IMG/VR virus record: IMGVR_UViG_3300021389_000010
Coordinates: 1-64,000 of that record
Source: a virus
Reading direction: 5' to 3' (one strand)
Length of the DNA: 64,000 nt
Shown: positions 18,957 through 26,790 of the stretch, in pieces
Position numbering within the stretch: the stretch's first letter is position 1
Layout: every line of letters starts with the position of its first letter
Program-made: the position numbers and the translations under genes
Notes under the pieces: model-generated
Database searches by the model: none
Told to the model about the DNA's origin: nothing
The model's input: the letters and a program-made list of their open reading frames with translations, nothing else

Positions 18957-19604
18957 TTAGGCATAAGTCAATTCATTTAATTTTAATATTTCTAAACATA
19001 AGTCATGCGGTATCTTACTCCGCTCATGGTTGTTGGCTCTCCCTTGAGTGCCTGTTTGTGACCCTCTTGGTGCAGGCTCATGACAAGGCGCACCATTCTT
19101 ACACATAGGGCGTGGGTTCCAACGCAAGTCGTTAGTCCATATGTCGGTTGGCTTCATACGTGTGTCTCCATACTGGCAGTACGTTACCGTGTGCCGTATC
19201 GGATGACGCTTCATGAAGTCCATCTTGCGTAGCATACCACGAGGGTTCTCAATGTAGTACACAAGGTTAGGATTCAACAGTGTAAAGTAGTGTATCAACT
19301 CATGAACTTTGTCCATAATCTTGTCACTCTTTACAGCGAAATCTGACGTAGGTTCTTGTCCATTGCGGTGGTGTCTTACACCTGCAATACTATACGATGT
19401 ACACGGGGGTGATGCCCAGATCACATCGGGTACCCATAGATTCTTAGTGAATCCATGCACTTCTGCTACATCAAAGTCCAGGATGTCAACAACGTAGTCG
19501 ATACCACCAAACTGTTTGATGTCACTTGAGAATACATTCATCCCAAGTTCTTCTGCGGCTTTGCCCACTGAACGTGAGCCAGCAAATAATTCTAATACTT
19601 TCAT
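18957..19604 (-). CDS. C5-cytosine DNA methyltransferase
   Basis: LELFAGS, ASPPC and IENP motifs. Confidence 0.85.
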   Translation of the reverse strand: MKVLELFAGSRSVGKAAEELGMNVFSSDIKQFGGIDYVVDILDFDVAEVHGFTKNLWVPDVIWASPPCTSYSIAGVRHHRNGQEPTSDFAVKSDKIMDKVHELIHYFTLLNPNLVYYIENPRGMLRKMDFMKRHPIRHTVTYCQYGDTRMKPTDIWTNDLRWNPRPMCKNGAPCHEPAPRGSQTGTQGRANNHERSKIPHDLCLEILKLNELTYA

Positions 19605-19622
19605 AAGGCAAGTTGTATTTAG

Positions 19623-19916
19623 TTATCTGTACTCTATCTTCCACACCTTCACGGTGCCTTCGTTAATCATATCGAACACGCTATCCCAATCATTAGCATC
19701 CATTGCCCACTCAAGGTCATCCTTGTGGTGTGGTATTCCAAAGTTGCTGAATGCATAGCCACCCGTACGGATTACGAAATCTCCATCGTCGTTCTTACTC
19801 GCTATCCATCTGTACTTGTTGTCGCACATCACGGACACCAAGTCAATCTTGATTTGACGTATCGAATCCGGTACTCTTAGTGTAGGTGGGTAGTCCACCA
19901 ATTGTCTATAAGTCAT
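19623..19916 (-). CDS. Hypothetical protein
   Basis: ORF in the early operon. Confidence 0.6.
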   Translation of the reverse strand: MTYRQLVDYPPTLRVPDSIRQIKIDLVSVMCDNKYRWIASKNDDGDFVIRTGGYAFSNFGIPHHKDDLEWAMDANDWDSVFDMINEGTVKVWKIEYR

Positions 19917-20060
19917 ACTCTTGTTTATTAAATTCTACTTCTGCTTTGGCAAGCACCTCAAGTGCCTGATCTAATTGTATACGTATGTAGGTACTGTGTA
20001 GAAGCGCGGCGGTATCCCGCGCCTCTTCCACAATACGTACCGCTTTACGGAACTCATTCA

Positions 20061-20642
20061 TTATCCACCACGTTTAGAAGTTAAACGCTCAATGAAACTA
20101 AGTTTGTCACGACTTAGCCCGGTGTTCTTTAAGCCACTAAGACTTTGGTTCACATCATCACTCACCTCATCTGCAAGAGATTGTAGTTCACTTAGTGGTA
20201 CCTCCTCTATCTCAATTTGAGATTGTAGAGTAGACTCAAGGCCTCTGAATGCAACGAACTCATCGAGTTCAGTCACCTTACGGATAGCCATAGCCAACAG
20301 CGGGTCGGTGCTGTCATTGGATATGAACTCACGCAGTAATTGTTTCGCTTGATTTGCATCAAGTGCTTCAATCTCCACGCTATCCAGGATCGCAGGGGTG
20401 TTGGGTACTACCGCTCGCTTGAGTACTCGTGAGTCCTCTGCGATAGGTGTAATAGTTGTGAGGGTAGGTAGGTTCCTTCCTCTACCACAAAATTCTACGA
20501 ACGCTAAACGCGCATCCTCGTAGTCTTTTGCGAAGACTGTAAAGTAAGATAGCATTGTCTCACCCGCAGGTGCTACTCGGTCAATACTCTTACTGCCTTC
20601 ACCCAAGTAAGGATTGGGTACGGTTACTGCAAATACTTTCAT
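20061..20642 (-). CDS. Hypothetical protein
   Basis: Start refined to MKVF because the leader is shared with the GATase gene. Confidence 0.6.
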   Translation of the reverse strand: MKVFAVTVPNPYLGEGSKSIDRVAPAGETMLSYFTVFAKDYEDARLAFVEFCGRGRNLPTLTTITPIAEDSRVLKRAVVPNTPAILDSVEIEALDANQAKQLLREFISNDSTDPLLAMAIRKVTELDEFVAFRGLESTLQSQIEIEEVPLSELQSLADEVSDDVNQSLSGLKNTGLSRDKLSFIERLTSKRGG

Positions 20643-20680
20643 AAGCATAGTTGTGCGGTGTTATCCTCTTGCACTCTTGA
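20640..20680 (-). repeat. Conserved 5' leader element, copy 1
   Basis: AAGAGTGC-AAGA-GG-ATAACA-CC-GCACAACTATGCTT-ATG; near-identical to the copy at 22288. Confidence 0.75.
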
Positions 20681-20867
20681 GTTTGGTTGTTACTAAATCA
20701 TCTATGTCGCTCATCGCTAATTCGATTTCATGGGGTTGCGACCCACCATCTTCTATCTCCATCATACATAGGTCAAAGAAGTCATGCACCTCATCCGTAA
20801 GATCTGGGTGCTTGGCCACGATGTCCTTGCAGTATGTAATAAAGTTATCTATCATCCTGTCATCCAT
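20661..20867 (-). CDS. Hypothetical acidic protein
   Basis: ORF in the early operon. Confidence 0.55.
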   Translation of the reverse strand: MDDRMIDNFITYCKDIVAKHPDLTDEVHDFFDLCMMEIEDGGSQPHEIELAMSDIDDLVTTKLKSARG

Positions 20868-20868
20868 T

Positions 20869-21108
20869 TTAAACTGTGTAAATAGTTTCCGTTACGCCTG
20901 TCTTGTAGTCATAAAACATGGCGGCACCTCCATCATTCCCTTCATCATCGCACTGCAATATCAATTGCGTGTCGTCTTGGAATATCAATACGAGTGGGTT
21001 CTTGTACCACATTAAATCGTTCATCTCTGAATCTTCCAATCTTCTTACCGCTTTTACGGTCTTGTTCTCCAGCATTTCGCCGAATTTTTTTATGTGTTTC
21101 TTATCCAT
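20869..21108 (-). CDS. Hypothetical protein
   Basis: DDEGNDGGA motif; packed operon. Confidence 0.6.
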   Translation of the reverse strand: MDKKHIKKFGEMLENKTVKAVRRLEDSEMNDLMWYKNPLVLIFQDDTQLILQCDDEGNDGGAAMFYDYKTGVTETIYTV

Positions 21109-21178
21109 ATCTCATGTGTATAAGGTTACTAATCCGTTAATCATTTCCAAATGTGTCTCGCAAATTGAGACTAAATAC

Positions 21179-21409
21179 TTACTCAACTCTATCGTTTATA
21201 ATTTTATCAATACTATCTCGTAACTCTTTAGAGAGCAGTTCGGTAGGCAAGTACACAAGGTTACCCTCGTGGTCATACATACTCACCTCCAGATCTTCCA
21301 CCTCATGTTCGGTGTAAGGTGGCGTGTCGTATGTACCTTCATCTCGGTACACAGCAACAGTGGCCACCACGTTCAACGTGTTGTCTTTGTATTCTAATTC
21401 AAATTCCAT
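21179..21409 (-). CDS. Hypothetical acidic protein
   Basis: Start overlaps the GATase stop codon. Confidence 0.6.
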   Translation of the reverse strand: MEFELEYKDNTLNVVATVAVYRDEGTYDTPPYTEHEVEDLEVSMYDHEGNLVYLPTELLSKELRDSIDKIINDRVE

Positions 21410-22290
21410 TACGCTATATCTTTAAGGTCATCACCCTCGTAGCCACACTCAAGGCTTGTCCATAATTCCATGACCTCATCGACTGCATCGAGTTGGTATG
21501 CACTACAATTCATACACTCTGCGTTGAAGTTTATCTTCGTGTTTTGTGTGCCACATCCTACGCAGTCATACGTTCCTTGCAGTGGTGCTTCAGTGTCGTA
21601 TGCTATGTCATCTAACTCATCGGTAGTAGTTACACCAAAGGATGCGTTCCAAGAATCCACATCGGCCTTGTCATCATCCCAATCGTAGGTGTACTGGCTC
21701 GATCCTGTGACGGCTGTGCTTCCGTAGTATCGTACGGCACGTGAATGGCTGTCGTTACTGAACCAATTGTCACCAATCCATGAGCCTGCACCCTCATTGA
21801 ATATGCGGTACAACCCCTCGTTGTCCATGAACACCACCTTACTTGAGCCACCCAAGTATGTGAAGATTGCATCCTCGATAAAGGGGTTGTCGAGCATCTC
21901 AATATCTACGTTGGGTATGGTGCCCACAAGTTCTGCGAACTCGGCAGTGTCACTCTTGTCCTTAGTTCCGAACCCCGAAATAACACCGTTGTGTATGAGT
22001 CCAAGTGTAGGTGTCACAGCGAATGGGTGTAGGTACTCGTCACTCATACCGTGTGTAGCGATACGGAAGTGCAAGAGCATGGGCTTGTCACCCACATCGG
22101 AAGTCTTGAGTTCGCGGTAACGCTCAAGGAATTTGTCAAACGAGTTGCCCCCCTTGTTAGGGAACTTCTCGATACACAACAAGCCATCCATGATGTAGAG
22201 CATACCGGCCCCATCATCGTTGTTGTTCCAACAGTTCTTTAGTTTTTTCTTAGGTAACATCTTACCATCATTCATAATTGCAATACACAT
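21409..22290 (-). CDS. Class II (Ntn) glutamine amidotransferase
   Basis: Start MCIAI gives the N-terminal Cys nucleophile; N.DGAG, HFRIATHG, HPF, HNG and SDT motifs. Confidence 0.85.
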   Translation of the reverse strand: MCIAIMNDGKMLPKKKLKNCWNNNDDGAGMLYIMDGLLCIEKFPNKGGNSFDKFLERYRELKTSDVGDKPMLLHFRIATHGMSDEYLHPFAVTPTLGLIHNGVISGFGTKDKSDTAEFAELVGTIPNVDIEMLDNPFIEDAIFTYLGGSSKVVFMDNEGLYRIFNEGAGSWIGDNWFSNDSHSRAVRYYGSTAVTGSSQYTYDWDDDKADVDSWNASFGVTTTDELDDIAYDTEAPLQGTYDCVGCGTQNTKINFNAECMNCSAYQLDAVDEVMELWTSLECGYEGDDLKDIA

Positions 22291-22340
22291 AAGCATAGTT
22301 GTGCGGTTATATCCCATCGCACTCTTCGGTTTCGGTTATA
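22288..22340 (-). repeat. Conserved 5' leader element, copy 2
   Basis: AAGAGTGC-GATG-GG-ATATAA-CC-GCACAACTATGCTT-ATG. Confidence 0.75.
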
Positions 22341-22343
22341 TAA

Positions 22344-23720
22344 TTATTTTTGTTCTTCAAGAAGTTTATCCATCGCCTCCAAAGTAGGTTGCGCATCAGT
22401 CACGTAGTTCATACCGAACTTGTCTCGCAGTCTATCCACCGCCTCACTTGAGTACGACACGATAGTACGTGGGTCTACCTTGCGGTTCTTCAATCTACGC
22501 ACAGCACTCTTGTAGAATACACCTACACCATCAGCACTAAAATTGAATGAACCGTACAAGTCATCGGCAAACTGAGCGTATAGGCTCACTACCTTCAGCA
22601 CTTGGTCATTCGAGTACACCTTACGCAAGTGAATACCCAATGCACTCTTAGGATTGAGCATCATAGTAATCAATTGCAACGGCTTGATGTTCTCGTTAGC
22701 ACACATAATACGCATCAGATCCCTACGCCATAGCAGGTTGGTCACGTTCTTGAACGCAGGTGGTAAGCGGAACTCAATGTATCTACTTTGAATGTTGACC
22801 GCTGAATACTTGCCGGCACGCTTGTAGTTGTCCGGCTTACGTTGTATTTGCGAGTAGTGGTTAGTAATCCGGTGTCTCCATATAGTTAGAAACAACGGCA
22901 CGAATGCTTGAATCGAATCGAAAAATTCCTCACCCGATATACCGCGCTTACCTACATTGATGTGTCCACCACAATTACTGCCGTAGTCAGCGTTGATATG
23001 GTCACGAAGTATTCGGCCCTCCAAAGCACTGTCTAACAGCGGGTCATTCAAGTCATAGATTGGACTGACTAATTCAAAGCCGGTCTCATCGCATAGGCTA
23101 CTATCCGACTCGCGGCACCACCCTGTCTCATCCACAGCATCCAAGTCCCACGTATCTAACGGGTCATCATCTTCCTTCTCGACCTCGAAGCCGATTGTGT
23201 ACACAGTGTCACGTGAAGTGAAGTCCCTGCGAAACCCACTATGGTATTCATGCAGTTGGCGGTCATTCTCCTCTTGAAGTCGGTACTCCTCATTGCGCTC
23301 ACTCCAAAAGATATTCGAACCACAATCATCAATGTGGTACGTGCCCCCATCTTCCTCGCAGTACAGCGTGTCATCTGTCCAACACCACCCGCCTTCGTAC
23401 ATACTGTACGACCCATCTATGTAGGAAACACTGCACTCATTGTCGTAGTCTGGCCACCATATCTTGTCACCACACACAAGTGTTTTTACATCTGACACGT
23501 ACTCGTCATTAAGTATGGTGACTCTATTGAAACCCCCATCGTGGTGCAACATAGGTCTATCACACATCGCTTCTCGAGCAAACTCTCCCTCGTACTCGCT
23601 CGGTGCTGTAAGCATTAAGCAGTCATCTAAATTCTCGACTTCGCCGTTAAAACAAACGACTTGTCCATCTTTCAATTCATCCATAGGCATATGTTTATGT
23701 GCATCATTAGCCCTGCACAT
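22344..23720 (-). CDS. Putative amidoligase (COOH-NH2 ligase) with Cys/acidic N-terminal region
   Basis: GFEVE, DSSL, GFELVSP, CGGHIN and IEFR motifs; true start may be 23684 or 23690. Confidence 0.75.
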   Translation of the reverse strand: MCRANDAHKHMPMDELKDGQVVCFNGEVENLDDCLMLTAPSEYEGEFAREAMCDRPMLHHDGGFNRVTILNDEYVSDVKTLVCGDKIWWPDYDNECSVSYIDGSYSMYEGGWCWTDDTLYCEEDGGTYHIDDCGSNIFWSERNEEYRLQEENDRQLHEYHSGFRRDFTSRDTVYTIGFEVEKEDDDPLDTWDLDAVDETGWCRESDSSLCDETGFELVSPIYDLNDPLLDSALEGRILRDHINADYGSNCGGHINVGKRGISGEEFFDSIQAFVPLFLTIWRHRITNHYSQIQRKPDNYKRAGKYSAVNIQSRYIEFRLPPAFKNVTNLLWRRDLMRIMCANENIKPLQLITMMLNPKSALGIHLRKVYSNDQVLKVVSLYAQFADDLYGSFNFSADGVGVFYKSAVRRLKNRKVDPRTIVSYSSEAVDRLRDKFGMNYVTDAQPTLEAMDKLLEEQK

Positions 23721-23731
23721 TTAGGCTTAGG

Positions 23732-23841
23732 GGACTGCATGGGACTCGAACCCATAGTACACCCAAACACCACGTTATAAACCAAAACCAAAAGACTTGG
23801 TGCTTGTGTAGCAGTCCGTTTATAGTGTGGTCTCCACTACC
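23732..23841 (-). ncRNA. tRNA-like structured RNA, copy 1
   Basis: 7-bp stem GGACUGC/GCAGUCC, T-arm AUGGG-UUCGAGU-CCCAU, long central helix and an upstream GUGG-AGA-CCAC hairpin. Confidence 0.7.
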
Positions 23842-23853
23842 AAATCATCCCTA

Positions 23854-23900
23854 CAAACATAGGGTAACTATCTGACAATCAGCGTTAAAGAAATGTTAAA
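23854..23900 (-). promoter_or_regulatory. Early promoter TATGTTTG with upstream TTTAAC(A/G) direct repeats
   Basis: Box at 23854-23861; repeats at 23883-23889 and 23894-23900 (11-bp period). Confidence 0.65.
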
Positions 23901-23920
23901 ACTCATTCTCAACCTTCGGT

Positions 23921-24079
23921 TCAACGTATGAGCGATCGGATAATACCTACGTCTACCGTACCGTACTTGTCATGTACCTTACATAGGTACGCCCAAGCCT
24001 CGCGTATTTCCTTCTCGCTCCCTCTCCTTCTGCCGGTGTGTATAGCAACAGCCCGGCTCAGTCTTTGTAACTCATTCAT
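23921..24079 (-). CDS. Small hypothetical protein (52 aa)
   Basis: MNELQRLSRAVAIHTGRRRGSEKEIREAWAYLCKVHDKYGTVDVGIIRSLIR, downstream of RNA element copy 2. Confidence 0.5.
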   Translation of the reverse strand: MNELQRLSRAVAIHTGRRRGSEKEIREAWAYLCKVHDKYGTVDVGIIRSLIR

Positions 24080-24100
24080 GCTCATTCACATTTGTTTAGG

Positions 24101-24192
24101 GGACTACGAGTGTCTCGCTCACTCAGTGCAACAGGGGCATAGGTATCCCCTTTGCAGGTAGTCCGTTGTAGGTGTGGTCACCACCATCCAAA
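24101..24192 (-). ncRNA. tRNA-like structured RNA, copy 2
   Basis: GGACUAC/GUAGUCC stem, GAGUG-AGCGAGA-CACUC arm, central UGCAAAGGGG/CCCCU-G-UUGCA helix and an upstream GUGG-UGA-CCAC hairpin. Confidence 0.7.
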
Positions 24193-24202
24193 AAGTACAG
24201 TT

Positions 24203-24424
24203 CTATTTCCGCTTTGCCCTACGGGTTTCACGTTGGGCTTGTGCCCTGTATACCTTGCGGTCAATCCGGTCAGCGTACATGTTTTCAAGTGCATCGGCTT
24301 TCATCTTACCCCGAACCTTGCGCTTACTTGCACTTGCAGTCTTACCGCCCAGAGTCGGTGCGCTCACCACTCGGACTACGTACTCATAGCCCTTGTGGTT
24401 GCGTTGTGTTGCGAAATTCCCCAT
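24203..24424 (-). CDS. Hypothetical basic protein
   Basis: Start overlaps the stop of 24424..24660. Confidence 0.55.
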   Translation of the reverse strand: MGNFATQRNHKGYEYVVRVVSAPTLGGKTASASKRKVRGKMKADALENMYADRIDRKVYRAQAQRETRRAKRK

Positions 24425-24660
24425 TACACATTTGTGTTTTGAGGGGCAACAAACATATCGAAGTTGCCTTGCACAAGTAAGCGGAACTGCGGGTCACGGA
24501 CACTCTTGTAGGCACCAGCCAGTAGGTCTGTGTAGAAGCCGAACGATGCGAAGGCTTCGGTGTTGATGAAATCTTCGAACAGGTTTTCGATGAAGTCACG
24601 CCCCATTGTGCTTTCGAGGGCTTGCAATTGTGTGGTTGTGTTGGGTGTTGTGTTGTCCAT
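24424..24660 (-). CDS. Hypothetical protein, first gene of the early arm
   Basis: A-rich leader ending TTGCCTT-ATG. Confidence 0.6.
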   Translation of the reverse strand: MDNTTPNTTTQLQALESTMGRDFIENLFEDFINTEAFASFGFYTDLLAGAYKSVRDPQFRLLVQGNFDMFVAPQNTNV

Positions 24661-25021
24661 AAGGCAATCGTTTTTAGTTTTCGGTTATCGTTTCAACACC
24701 ACAAACAACCAACAAGATTTTTTAATAATATCACAACAAAATGTTAAAATCCCTGCGCATTATGCCCACCAATTTTCCTGCGTACATACAGGATCAGGCG
24801 TCGCGCGATGCTGCTTCACGCGTAAGGGAAGGGTCGAGTCAGTCCATCCCGTGATGAGCAAGTCCATGACTTGCGAAGGCGTGTGTGTATGTATGTGTAC
24901 GCGCGTCACTCGCGCGCATAGCACGAAGGAATGGTTCACATTTGAGATTTCGCATTCTAAGGGGGTGTGGTGCTTCTCGAATGGAGTCCGAGGTATGGGA
25001 GGTAGGGGATTGCCGAGATAG

Positions 25022-25067
25022 TATAGAGATATCCCCCTACCACTACGTAGTAGGGGGTATATCTATA
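25022..25067. repeat. Imperfect inverted repeat
   Basis: TATAGAGATATCCCCCTAC ... GTAGGGGGTATATCTATA. Confidence 0.7.
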
Positions 25068-25102
25068 GAAAATAATTGACAAATCCAAATGAAAAAACAC
25101 GC

Positions 25103-25144
25103 TTTAACAAAACTTTAACAGCACGTTTTAACAAGGCTTTAACA
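25103..25144 (+). repeat. Four TTTAACA direct repeats
   Basis: At 25103, 25114, 25127 and 25138 (spacing 11/13/11). Confidence 0.8.
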
Positions 25145-25393
25145 GAAAATTTTTGTATTCATGTGTGTAGGCGTATGTGTGCGCAGGCAGGGGCGCAGGC
25201 GTGCCCGAGCGCAGGCGTGCAGGCGCGAGTGTGTATGTATGTACAGGTGCGCGTGTGTGTGCGTATGTGTGTGCGCGCGTGCATGGGTTGATTCTTCCCA
25301 CCCTTTTATATATCAACCCCCTACCGAGCGTGTACATGTGAGCGCATACAGGATCTGGCGTGCGCATAATGCACACGTAAGATAGAAACACAC

Positions 25394-25440
25394 TTTAACA
25401 AGGCGTTAACACTTTACAGCGAAATAACCCCCTATGTTTG
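25394..25440 (+). promoter_or_regulatory. Promoter TATGTTTG with two upstream TTAACA repeats
   Basis: Repeats at 25394 and 25405; box at 25433-25440. Confidence 0.7.
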
Positions 25441-25463
25441 CGGTGTAACCAAAACGAAATACG

Positions 25464-25889
25464 ATGAAAAATTACAACGACAGAACGATTGAACTACTAC
25501 GTAGGGACATGGAAGCCTTCGACAAGCAAGTGCGTGACTGCGTAGTGTACATGTACGACTCGATTGTGAACCACGAAGTGAATGCAATTACTAAAGACTA
25601 CCTACCGGTAGTTAAACTGATTGAAATTGTCAATGAAGTTGCCGATGCGCTCGACCTTGTGCATGATGTGTGCAAGGTGACCCATGAGCACCTGTGTCAC
25701 ATGAGCCTAGTGTACTCGTACTGCGACTTTGCACATGGCCATGATACACGAATGGAAGTTGTTTGTGAACTGATTGGAACAATACTCACTGATGAGGTAG
25801 AAATGTCCACTCGTTCGATTTACAGCCCTACATTCGAAGTTCTCGATGAAGGCTCACACTTGCAGGTGTACACAGAACACATGGACTGA
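25464..25889 (+). CDS. Isolated hypothetical acidic protein
   Basis: Own promoter, A-rich leader and terminator. Confidence 0.7.
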   Translation: MKNYNDRTIELLRRDMEAFDKQVRDCVVYMYDSIVNHEVNAITKDYLPVVKLIEIVNEVADALDLVHDVCKVTHEHLCHMSLVYSYCDFAHGHDTRMEVVCELIGTILTDEVEMSTRSIYSPTFEVLDEGSHLQVYTEHMD

Positions 25890-25909
25890 GCCTACATGAT
25901 GCACACACG

Positions 25910-25939
25910 AAGCCCCGCCATTGAGCGGGGTTTTTTTTT
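25910..25939 (+). terminator. Intrinsic terminator
   Basis: CCCCGC-CATTGA-GCGGGG followed by T9. Confidence 0.85.
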
Positions 25940-26790
25940 GCCCCAATCGAAAAACAACCGTTGCGCGGGGGCATTATGCGCGAGGGGATCAGGCGCGCTC
26001 AGACCTGCGCGAGCGTGCATACATATGGGCCTATGCGTTACACATATACGCGAGGCTATTTTAAGCCGTTCTAAGGGCTTTTCTCCTCTTGGGTGGTGTG
26101 TTGGTATTGTTGGCGGTAATGGATTCGCTAGGCGTTCTCTTGGGGTGGTCAGTGTGCCTCCAATGGTGGGGCGTGGGGTTGTGGTTTCCTTGTGGGGTTG
26201 TGTATGGGCGTGATTTGTTCCCCCCCTCATATGTACGGGGGGCGGGTGGGGGCTGTACGGGTCACCCATGGGGGCGTGTGTGTACTACGTGTGTGCACAT
26301 AGGCGTGCCGGTGTACGTACGTGCTCGCGTAGGTGCGCTCGTGCTCGTGCACAAACGCCCAAACCTGTGCGCGTGTTCGCTTGTATGCATGCCCCCCCGT
26401 TCGTGCGGATGCGTTCGGGTGCGCGCGCGCTGGCGTCCATATAATATATTATCCCCACCAGAAACATTTCTCAGCAATTTTTACGGATCAGGAGTAATGG
26501 CCCGTGTTGTTTCAACTGATGTGCCGAATCGATACCCCCATAACAAAACACCCCCCGATAAACGGAGGGTATTTCTTGTCGCTGTAATACGCGAAGCATG
26601 CGAAAAATTTGAGCAAATTAGGGGCCCTTTGAAACTTTCTACTGTCTTGTTGTGTTCTGAGTTTCTTCTTTAGTCGTTTTGAATCCACTTACGCTGTTGC
26701 TGTGGATTAATAACTTTGTGACCCATAAGTCGTAAGACGGTGGAAAGGTACAAGAAAAAAATGATAAAGTCAATAGTAGTAAATACCCAA

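Larger units (their letters stand above)
24750..26640. other. Largely non-coding control/origin/terminus region with purine-pyrimidine alternation, G-tracts and dispersed repeats
   Basis: Low-complexity GT/GC/AT alternation, only one credible gene, located at the switch between the early and late arms. Confidence 0.65.

Noticed and set aside
23732-23817. Canonical tRNA gene
   Set aside because: Has an acceptor stem and T-arm but no D-arm, anticodon arm or CCA; reported as a tRNA-like RNA instead.
24560-26673. ORFs across the purine-pyrimidine-rich island other than 25464..25889
   Set aside because: Cys/Val/Arg or His/Thr compositions simply reflect dinucleotide repeats; no leaders or operon context.
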